Part shown: positions 52,996-64,000 of the stretch, one piece after another
Layout: every line of letters begins with the position of its first letter
How positions within the stretch are numbered: position 1 is the stretch's first letter
Assembly: GCA_012295275.1 (NCBI GenBank)
Contig: CM022665.1
Location: 13,206,001 to 13,270,000, forward strand
Source: Chrysomallon squamiferum
Lineage: Eukaryota > Animalia > Mollusca
Length of the DNA stretch: 64,000 bases
Direction: 5' to 3'
The notes under the pieces: generated by a model
Seen by the model: the letters and a program-made list of their open reading frames with translations, nothing else
What the model was told of the DNA's origin: nothing
The model's database searches: none
Made by a program: the position numbers and the translations under genes

Positions 52996-55247
52996 AATTT
53001 GATACATATATTGCTCTAAAAAAAAAAATGTTTTGGGTTTGGGTTTTTTCATCTGGGACTGAATGTCCTTCGATTGATATAAAACAGATCTTTATTTGAT
53101 AATAATAAAAAAATATGTTAGCATTGCTAATGTCTACAGATGTTTTAATCAGTATGTATATACTATCTGTTAGTGTATGAATATATAAATGATATCTGTA
53201 TATTAATGTGTACATTTAGATATTCACATGATTACATTATTTACAAAACCATCAGGACTACAACCTCTAATATATACTGCAATAGTGTAAATAAATAAAT
53301 AATGTTATAGTAACAGAATGTCAGTTTTATACATGTAACAGAAACACATTACATAACACTGGAATTAATTGATAACTGCTTTTGCTGTTAATTCAGTTCA
53401 GAGGTCTGAGTTAAATGACTGTAGTTAAATCTTATTTTGTCCTAGCAAGTGCTTTGGAGAATATGATCCCTGCAACTCAGAAATGGAATAACTGTAAATA
53501 TATATTTTTTAAATTATAACAATGAGGTCATTTTATAAATAGTTATACAAATATTTTAATAAATTAAAAATGAATAATTACAAAATTAAGAGTAGGAATG
53601 AAATAAAGCAGGGCTGCCTTTACTCAAATTCATAACATGAACACAATAAATATATAAAATAAAAAATGGATTTATGGAATAATTTTTTTTTTTTTTATTA
53701 ACATAACATATAATGATACATACCATTACTATTAAAAAGGAGGACTTTAATTACATTCACAAATTAGACAAAATTATATTATTTGGGACCATATTTGTTT
53801 GTTTAGTAGTATATTTAAAATATAATATATTTACCATCTTCTATAATATAATAGTAATATTTAAATCATCTTTATATTAAGATTAACAACATTCTATAGA
53901 TTATCCTTTTGAATCTAAAACAGCCATATTGAATGGTGATACATCCAAATGCCAGCTACTGGCCATCTACCAGCAAAACATCAAAATGATAATTCAGTGT
54001 CATCTGTAGCTATTTTTTCATTTCCATGAAACACATAATTCTAGTGATAAATAACTGAAGTAGTTACACATATTTATGCTGTGAACAATCTAAAATATCT
54101 ACATTTCAAATTAATTTTACAAATATTTGAAGGAGTATAAATTTTAAAAGTACTATCCATAATAATAATAAGAAGAAAACAATCAATTAAAAATATAGAA
54201 ATAAATAAAAGAGAAATAAATTTAAATTGTAATAAGATTTTTCTAACTTCTAAAACAAATGTAGTATTTCAATAAAGCAAACAAAACATTAATTAGTTTA
54301 AGGAGAAATATTCTAGATAGTTACTCAGCAGAATTGTTATTCTATCTCAAAAATACAAAATAATTACCTTGAATATAGAAAAATAGAACAATGTATTTTT
54401 ATATTCTGACAAACAAATTGTGAAATTTAAATCTGAAGCCTTTGGCAATTTGAAAAGACAAAACAAATGTAAATCCCAGTATATTTGGAAACTTCCACTA
54501 GTATTGAAGTTTAAAAGAACTGATCAAGATGAAAAGCAAAATGTAATATTAATTTTTAATTGTGTAGAATGTTTTAGAAATGTAAAATAGACTTGGAAAT
54601 ATAATAAATTGTCCTTTTATTATTCTGAATATATTAAATGAGACTCTTTCTTGAGATTCTTAAATACTGGACTAATAAAGCTGAGAATGCAATATGGATT
54701 TAATGTTGTTTCTGATGTGATAGTTTCAGCTTGGAGTTTCTTGAAGTGGTAACAAACTGGAAAGATGAATGACCTGCAGCATATTTCAAAGGTGCTATTC
54801 ATTTTCTTGAATCAAAAACAGCATCATCAAATGTGGTATTTTAAAAATTGTTTTGCATGTTTTAGCAGTGCCAGTGACAGTTCTTGAAATATACAGCTGA
54901 ATTGAAATGGCTTATTTCTTTATTGTGAAGTGATATTTTTTAAATATAGCATGGCTCAAAAGTTTTAGTGATTTGAGATTCTTGAAAATTGTAATATTAT
55001 TCATTTCAATACCTTATTTCAATGGTGCCATCCTGTTTCTCAAGATACTGGAAAATCTTTCTTCATATATAATATTTTAAAATTTCTAGTGTGTCAAAAT
55101 TCTGGAAGCCTGAAACAGGTCAAGATGGGTTATCTTTTTGTTTTTAATGTGCAGCATATTTATTCCAGAAGTATTAATCTGTTTCTTGAAATTCTTAAAG
55201 TCAAAAGAGAACTGGTCAGTTTTCTTAGATGTATACCGAACCGTTGA

Positions 55248-55348
55248 CTATGATTCCAACAAGACATGCCAACGACAGACTTGTTCCCCTTTGTTTTCTC
55301 TCATATCACTCCAGTGTGACTGTTCCTCTTCTCCACTGCTGTTTAAAC
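55248..55348 (-). CDS. SYT14: Synaptotagmin-14/16-like terminal exon
   Basis: ttatag acceptor. (G)[32 protein letters not shown] matches the SYT14/SYT16 C-terminus (from recall). Confidence 0.93.
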
Positions 55349-55792
55349 CTATAAAAAATAATAATGATGATGATGATGATGATAATGAATGATTGTTTAA
55401 CGACATATAATCAAAAGAAAATAATTTGTTAATTTAACATAAAAACCTTTCTTTGTCAAATAAATTTCTATACAAAAGCGATATTAATTATATGGAAGAC
55501 AATTTCTCATTTCTGTGGGGAAAAAGAAAAAGAAAGGAAAATGATCTTTATTATATTTTGCTCATTTTCATTTTTAAAATAACATTAAAAAAACAAATGT
55601 CAGTGATAAATTTCTAATAATAGTAATATCAACAATAATGATTTTAATCAAAACTTGATATTTCTGTAATATAAAAAATAAATTGAAATAATATATAATT
55701 TTAAAAACTAAAACACCACCCAAAAGAAACAACAAAGAAAATTAATCATTTAAAAAATATTTTTACTGACAGACATCTTAAAATGCTCTCAC

Positions 55793-56005
55793 CCAGTGAA
55801 AACCAGCCAATCATTTCCTTCTTTTTCATGCTCTTTTTGTTGTATACAGACACCATAAGAGTGACTTCAGGAAGCTGGAAAAGTGCCACTTGGAACATAA
55901 ATGTCTCCTTAAACAGTGGGTTTGGCTGACCACGTCGCACTGACGTCTTACAGCGTTGTAGTTCCTGACCAGAAGGTGACATCAGTGTCAATTTTACATA
56001 TGTAT
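55793..56005 (-). CDS. SYT14: Synaptotagmin-14/16-like C2B exon
   Basis: tttcag...GTGAG. (D)[71 protein letters not shown]. Confidence 0.95.
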
Positions 56006-56292
56006 CTGAAAAACAGAATTTTTTCTTACATTTTTTTTTCAACTAAAAGTCAGTGGGGTTTTTCTTTCATGATCTGACATAATCATTAATAAACATATGA
56101 TATCATATAACCAAACATTTATAATGTGCTGAGGTTAATCAAATAAAATATTTCTTCTTTCCTTCCAGACAATCAACCAAAAATCATAAGATATATGCAT
56201 AACAATTGTTATTATGTACAGCAAAATATAATTAATTATTTATTCTTTAAGCCATTAATTTATAATATAACATTTTAACATGTTAATATTAC

Positions 56293-56482
56293 CTGGAGCT
56301 CTATTCATAGCCATGTTCCTGAAATTACTTCCCTTGATAACTTCAACAGAGAGTCTGCCTGTGGTTCCATTGTAAGCCAAACCAATTAAGAGTTCTGGCA
56401 TACCACCATGTTGTAGAGACTGAGTGGATGATGCACTGTCACTTCGAGACAGACTTGACACGTCAAAACCAGAATCACCATG
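56293..56482 (-). CDS. SYT14: Synaptotagmin-14/16-like linker/C2B exon
   Basis: aacag...GTAAT. HGDSGFDVSSLSRSDSASSTQSLQHGGMPELLIGLAYNGTTGRLSVEVIKGSNFRNMAMNRAP. Confidence 0.95.
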
Positions 56483-56879
56483 CTGTTAGATGTCAGTATT
56501 AAAAAAATCATTTAAGCAAAACAAAGGTCAAGCAACTGCATTAATGCATAAAATACACTTGAAGCTGTATAAATTGTTTATGATACAGTTTCAAATCTCT
56601 TAACATACTGCTATGAACAAACTAAGATAAATAAAATTAATCTGAAATGTATGAAGGCCACTAAACATTCAAAAAAAAAATTTTGGTAGCCCAAACAAAA
56701 AATATTCATAGTTCAGCTTTTAAGTGAAAGAATACGTGTAGTTGTAGTAACATTGACTAATGATTTTTTAAAAACAAAATAGGAATCTCACTGTTTGCAT
56801 AAATGTACATGTTTTAGAAGTTGAAAGCTTTTCGTTTTAACGAAAAAGAGTGAAAATATAATTTTTAACTAATTTTTTT

Positions 56880-59259
56880 ATTCGGTCGGTTGACGGACCT
56901 TTCATTTTTATTTATTTATTTTATTATTTATTATTATTTTTCTGTTGTAAAACTGTATCAAGCGTTATAATGAATATATGAAGACAATCTTTCAAATAAC
57001 ACGTGATCAATTTGCCTTTTACATGTAATGCATTGAAAATGGAAACGAATATTAAAAAAATAGGAATTATAATGGTTTCAAGTATCGTTTTACAACTACG
57101 TACTACTGTCCGCTATGGAGTTTTAGCAGAGTAACGTGTCCACATTATGGTACCTAATGAGAATAGACATCTTCATATTCACGCGCCAGTGTCTGTGAAA
57201 ATTATTTATTTTATTTTTATTTTTATTTTATTTTTTTTTTTTTGGCTGCCGCCGTCGTAATATTATCTGAAAAAATACATAGTACGAAACGTGTACGAGA
57301 TGGTCTGACGTCAAAGTTACCAAAAAAAAAAAAAAAACCCCAAAAGTTTCGACCTTAGCAGCAATTTCTATTCAATAATAGACATCTATGTATTGGAGGC
57401 ATTGATTAAATGACAAATTTCCCCAAATTACTTTTATTAATCTATGTAGAAATAATTGCATTATCAAGGCATAATTGTTTAAAAGTTTGTAAACAATGAC
57501 TGATCGGCGTTCGACGCTGCTATCTTGGATTTCGATCGGAGTTTCTGTGAGCTCACGGAAGTTTTTAAACTTCCAAATTCCTTTATTTTACATCTGTTTT
57601 CTGAACTTTTTATCATGTACACCGATAAAGATAAGGATGGTTGTTCATATTACCAAACCATGATGTCACGCGCCTTTCGTAACTACTTTTTCAACTTAAT
57701 CAAACTTTTCAAACTGGATTATTGTTGTGCAAATACGTACATAATAAACTAAAATTATAATTCGGTATAAGATTAATGTATTAACTTTTCTAATTGGCAA
57801 TACTTCCCGCGGCAGAACCCAACAGAAATGAACAATCAGGTGTAGTTTGCACCCATTAAATTCTGGAGGCATTTTGTCCGGTGACGTAATTTGTGCCGTT
57901 GCGAGTTATCTTTCCTGTTGGTCCATGCTACTTGTAGGTATATGCAGATAACCCATTTCGTCGCGAGATTTCTCCGCGATCCTTGCTGGACTGAGTGCAC
58001 AGCGTCAGCAAAGTAGTCTTCGAAAAATCCCTTCTGTCGATCCGTTTGAAAAATCTTTTTAAAGAAATTTAGTTTGATGACGTAGTATACATATCTTGCT
58101 ACAGCCTCGCTTTCAATTTTTGAATATTGAGCAGGGAGAAGTTTATCATGATACACTTTTGATGAAAGAAATCTTTCTGGGAACTTCAGCAAAGTCATAT
58201 ATCACAGGAAAAATCTTGGGTTAGTCCTTCAACAAAAATATAGATCTGCTTAATTACTACTATTGAGCTTAATTTTCAACAAATTCGATGATTCTGTGGT
58301 TGCAAAAAAATTGCATATGCAAAGCCCGTTCTTCAGAGGATCGATAATGACGTCAGTTCAGGTCACTTGACGTTAACGACACTTTCTGATTGGCTCAAAC
58401 CGGTGTTGATTATAAATTTCAGCTAATTAGTTCGATTCATTAATAACAATTCATTTGTATTAGAAACTTGCTTAAAAGTAGAGTACAGCTTTAGAACTCA
58501 TAAAAAACTTTGTTTTGACATATAATACATGTATAGTGGATTAAAACTATATGAGATAATCAATGTTTATGCTGCAAAATGACAGAAAATAAAGGGATAA
58601 AATTTGTAACTGTTAGTATCAGAGCTATCAATGATATCTTGGTGTTATTTTAACACGCATTTTTTTGCTCTTTCTAATGATTTATAATGTTTTCGGAATA
58701 TAATAATTTTGAAAATTTTGTCACATACCTAGTACTTGATCATTAACTTTTGAAGTAAGATTAGTCTTTTCAATAGATCCATAAGCAACCTACTAATCAA
58801 ACAAATCAATTCAAAGAGAATAAAAACCGCGAAGCAGACGACAGAAGTTAAGGCGGCATTCGGGAAGGTTTGGATTTGTCCGCGTATTCGGCCACGATCA
58901 GTTTTACGATACTGGGTCAGCGAGACTCATGGTTTTGTTTATCAAGACTACAGTTAACTACAGGCATGTCCGGTCTACAAAATTAGTGTTTATAAATAAA
59001 TGTTGGCAAATTAACTTAAACCGTTATGTCCAATTTATCGAACTATGAGCAAACCTTTTATGTGAAATAAATATTTTCGATAAAGTTACTAATAGTGACT
59101 CTCGTATTATAATTTATAAAAAAAAAAAAAAAGTCGCCGAAATAATATTTTTGGGGCGACTAACAGTAACTCGTACTTTTTTAAACATTCCAGTCGCCCG
59201 AAGGCAAAGGGAACTATAGTCGCATTTGGCGACATGGCGAATGGCCTTTTCGAGCCCTG
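56880..59259. mobile_element. Putative transposon-derived CpG-rich insertion(s) in a SYT intron
   Basis: Ends in TTTCGAGCCCTG (CAGGGCTCGAAA, hAT-like terminus) with subterminal GTCGCC/GGCGAC repeats at 59130-59240. CpG-rich relative to the flanks. Left end unresolved. Confidence 0.5.
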
Positions 59260-60800
59260 CAATATTTAGAAGTTGTCATAAAGGCAACTTTCTATAAATA
59301 GTTTTGTTTAAATAATAAAATGTAGACACAATTTTCACAGATCTTCAGGTTTTGTTTATTTTTTCAAAATGTTTTCCATCAAAATCAATATCAGCTTTAA
59401 AAATTACCAGAATTATTCTTATTAAGTTATTACAACTAATAAAACAGAAAGAAAACAAGCAGAGAAGCTTTACATATGATTGGGAATAAACCAAAATCAC
59501 TTGAAAATGCATTAAAATAAAATAATTTGCTTCATAGATTATTCATTATTCCATAACAGGTTACATAACTTAGAAGAACATTTTTCACTCTTCAAAAAAA
59601 CATTCCAAGGTCACAGCTTGGTAATTTGAAGACTGCATGCAGAGGATCTATAAAAGGTCAATGAATTGTAGTTTTAATTTGTCAGACTTGAAATGTCAGA
59701 CATCTGAAAAACAGTCTGCCAGAAATAGGAGAAACTCATCAGGGTAACTGTATCCATTCTCACTAGAGAATTAAAATTAACACCAGCAGTAAAAAATAAT
59801 TAAAGAAGAATTGCTGTGCAATGTCTTATAACAAACTAAAAGTCACTCTTTTGGAGCTGAAATTGTCTTTTTCAATGACACTAAAGAAAGATTTCAAGTC
59901 CCACTGAAGATATTTGGGCAAGGCCAAGGAATACATTTCACTGTTTAATTCCATTCCAATTCCTGCAGCTTCAAAACAGCTGTAATAATGTTTAATGATT
60001 CTGATATTCAATAGCTAACATATTTTGTTTAGCCAAGAAGTCATTAAAATTCATTAATTTATTCATTTAATTAACTGTTTTAAAGATGAAATGTAATTTG
60101 GTCATTATTATTGGTAAATATAAAGATACAAGGATTTAAGGATTTAGATAGGAAAATTAAAAACTTGAATAAAGACAAATTAGTAGTGGTAGTATTAACA
60201 GTAGAAGCAGTAGTAACAGTATAGCAACAATAATAATAAAAGATAAAAGTATTCAAATGCTCAGCAGTATAACAATTAGATTCTGGATACATTTGCAAAA
60301 TGCAGAATACTATTTTCTAATTCACAAGCTCCATTTACAACAGTTTCATTTTGTATTGAGAAAAATGCAATGTCATGACATTTTTATATGGTTTTACCAT
60401 TTTCATGTGTAGTAAAGCAGTTTGTATTTCCTCTGAAACATCGGAATAACCCTAAATAAAAAATTATTACTTTTAAATTAACACATTTACTATACTGATT
60501 TCTTAATTTTAACATACTGAATTGCTGACAGCTAATTATAAACCTATTATTTATTTTTAAATATTAAAAAAAATATATACATAGAAATATAATTTTTTTT
60601 AAATAATATATGAAACTAAAACCTATTTAAAAATTTCAAAAGCAAAACAACAACAAAAAGTGATATGGATTATGTTTGCCTAGACAGTCCATGTAAATAA
60701 AGACCAGAGAATATATTTCTGTACTCTTAGTCTTATATTCTCACTGTCATTTATATTATAGTTCATAATTAAAAACATTTTAAAAAAAATGTCTTGGCAG

Positions 60801-60996
<196 letters not shown>

Positions 60997-61334
60997 TAAA
61001 TGAAAAATATTGAAATGAAACTTTAATGGGACTTGAGAATACTTTATGAAAATTATGGACATGAATTAAAACTCTTCCATATTAAATTACATTTTCCATT
61101 ACAGGGGAATTTTTGAGACACATTATTTTGTTAAACTTTTGTAAGTCTAAAGCTTTTTAATCTTAAAACCTGAAAATGTTTCTAACATTCAGACAATATT
61201 TTTAATCAAAGTACACAAATTGACATCTCTGATTAGTTTTCTGTCTTCCAAAGGAAATAACTTCAAATGTTAGCAGTCCTTGTTGTGTCTGTAAACAGTG
61301 AGTTATAAATGACAACAGTCACAGAGATACTCAC

Positions 61335-61492
61335 ACTTAGATTACTTCTTGGTTCTAGCACAACCCAGTGAGTCTGTTTCTCATCAAGACTCATCGAAGC
61401 AAAGCCTACGATTGTTTCTCCAATCATCCGATCACGTCGCATCCTTTCCATGCCATACAGACGGAATCTTACTCCCATGCCTTGGACATCAT
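61335..61492 (-). CDS. SYT14: Synaptotagmin-14/16-like C2A exon; upstream exons lie beyond the window end
   Basis: aacag...GTGAGT. DVQGMGVRFRLYGMERMRRDRMIGETIVGFASMSLDEKQTHWVVLEPRSNLS; phase 0 joins the 56482 exon. Confidence 0.93.
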
Positions 61493-61916
61493 CTGTTTGA
61501 AAATAATAAAAATTAACAATCTTTATATTGAATCTTTTGAAATAATATCAGTGCTAAAATACACCAGTAATTATTTTATGATACTGAAGTATGTAATTAA
61601 ACATCTATTTGATAATAAACATTTAACTGCCATAATGATTTATTTATGATTTATTTGTGTATGTTCTGTATCAAATTTTGCAAATATACCTAGAAAGAAA
61701 TATTCATGGATATATATAAATAAATAATATCACAAAATATGTACAACACATAGGAACAAATATATGTACACACACATGACTATACATATTCATGCAAACT
61801 CACACTGACAGAAACATACATACAAATGAAGGATTAATTTTTTTCTTCTTCAGTAGAACATAGCTGAACAACATATTTACTATTTTCAAATATAAGCATA
61901 CATAAAAACAGTTGAA

Positions 61917-62471
61917 GGAAAAAATGGCACCCAGAAGAAATGGCACTGTGCAGATTTGGAAAAAATGGCACCTTATTTATTTTTTTCTGCATAGTTGCTT
62001 TAAAAAAGAAAATGAAAAGTACTTTTAAAAATATAGTTTATTCATGCAATATTGGTACATACTAAATTACATATATTAATATATAGCATCACTCAGCCAC
62101 TTGGTTTTGTTTTACAAAGTTCAATATTATATCAGAGTTTAATATTACACGTATGTATATGTATGTATGTATGTATGTATGTGTATATGTATTTATAAGT
62201 GTGTATATGTGTAATATTAAACTGATATAATACTGTACTTTGTTAAGCAAAACCAAGTGGGTGAGTGATGCTATATATTAATATACATGTATGTAACAAT
62301 ATTGCATGAATAAACAGTATTTTTAAAAGTAACATTTAATTTTTTTTATCAAAGCAACTATACAGAAAAAATAAATAAGGTGCCATTTTTTCCAAATCTG
62401 CACAGTGCCATTTCTTCCAGGTGTCATTTTTTCCAAGTGTCATTTTTTCTGGTGCCGTTTTTTCCGTACCC
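61917..62471. mobile_element. Foldback/MITE element with ~230-bp inverted arms
   Basis: 61917-62150 is an inverted copy of 62209-62434. Termini are built from tandem GGAAAAAATG(G/A)CAC units; the spacer is (TATG)n. Confidence 0.9.
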
Positions 62472-64000
62472 CCATAAAAACACAGAGTAATTTATACAAA
62501 CAGAAACTGAAATGACAATGTATTTACTTACAATACCATAAATTTATTATTTTTTATAATTATGATTATTATTTCATTAGTTTCATTATTATTTTTATAT
62601 TTTTCCTGCATCATGAAGTAAATAAAAACTTTACTGATTCTGTAACAACATACAGAAATTAAAACCCTAACATGAGATCAAACATACAGAACACTATTCT
62701 CTTTAATAATTTCTAAGTCATTTGTTGTTGCCTTTTTCTGTTTAAGGAAAAAGTAACCTGAGAAAACAAAAGTCAAAACCTGAAGGTTAAAACAAAAGCT
62801 GAAGTAAATAATTAAAAATATATATAATTATTTTTTCTTTCAATCGACATCCAACTGCTAGTAATTTGACATAATTTTGTATGTGTGGGTATATATGTAT
62901 ACACCTGTGAACATAAATATATATATATGTTAAATAATATGTGGCTGTATGACTGTACTGGTTAAATGTGTATTATGGCATGTTATTTGGCTACAATATT
63001 TTTAAAAAATCCACAAAAACTGCTTCATCAGCTTTTCAGAATTCTGGAAAATATTCTTTAATCAATATGTCAAAAGGCCAGTGGTTTTATTTTTGTTAAG
63101 TGCACAGGTTTATTTCTGTATCCTTTTAACAACATAAACATTTGGAAATCAGCCTGTTTTCCTAGACCAACAAGCCAATTCTGTGAGCAGATTTTCATAC
63201 AGCTTGAGAGGTAACAAGTTCATTTGTATAAGAAATCTATGAAAGATCAATCAGATATGCCACAAGCACCAGCATAATGTCCCCTATTTATGACCTGCCC
63301 CACACTGAGCAATTACTTTGTTTTTGTGATGTAGGAAGAATAAACATTCAGATAGTAAAGTATTAAATACCATGAAATCAATATTGGCATTCTATAACAG
63401 ACTTACTGCAGCAACACTCCTCTGCTAGTTAATTTCCATATTTAATAATTAAAGCAGGTTTATTGAAATCTCCGTATGGTTGTAATAAACAATGTGAAAG
63501 TTCTATGTATAGGAGGCGTGTCATAAAGATTTTCAAATTACAATATGTGTTCTAATTCACTGTAAAACACCCACAGGACTTTACAAGAGGATAATTTCTA
63601 TAAGCGACTAGAAAGATAAAACTGAAATAAAATCTCTTCAGTATTCTACTACTGATCATTTTAAACCACACAAAATGTTAAGCCATGCTAAAATGTACTG
63701 AATAAAACAATGTAGTTCATTTATTTCTATTTTCTACATTATTAAGCAAATCTTTTCACGCTATGCAACATATTTAAAAAAAAACAACAGTACATTAATA
63801 ATGACATACTTGTTTAACATGGGGTAAACAACATTTTCTATGAATGGTGGTTATAAATGGTTAACAGATGTTATCAAACAGTGTTTTAAAAATAATAATT
63901 ATAATAAATAAATATAATAAAAAAGAGATGCAATAATATTTCCTGAATGTGAATATATGTGTATTATTATTGCAATTATAAATTACTAAAAAAAAAAAAA

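Overview
AT-rich, microsatellite-dense eukaryotic (animal, probably invertebrate or mollusc-like; taxon is inference) genomic DNA with GT-AG spliced genes. (1) A minus-strand LRRC74-like leucine-rich-repeat gene: 10 phase-consistent coding exons from 7961 to 235, continuing off the left edge. (2) A 184-aa orphan ORF on the plus strand (10540-11094), head-to-head with it. (3) An internally deleted hAT Buster/Charlie-type transposon remnant (~11.6-12.3 kb). (4) A plus-strand gene for an uncharacterised ~985-aa Ser/Thr-rich coiled-coil protein (20028-26883), with a -1 frame discontinuity inside its first large exon. (5) A duplicated non-coding cassette (~30.3-41.2 kb and ~43.0-47.8 kb): CRE-containing promoter-like block, microsatellites, a compound ~390-bp satellite (19 vs 4 units) and a near-identical 133-nt hairpin element. 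(6) MITEs, a ~0.35-0.4 kb tandem repeat and an intronic foldback element. (7) The last four coding exons of a minus-strand synaptotagmin-14/16 gene (61492-55248). No rRNA, tRNA or CRISPR array was found. All alignments were done by eye; exon coordinates were read from splice sites and repeat boundaries are approximate.
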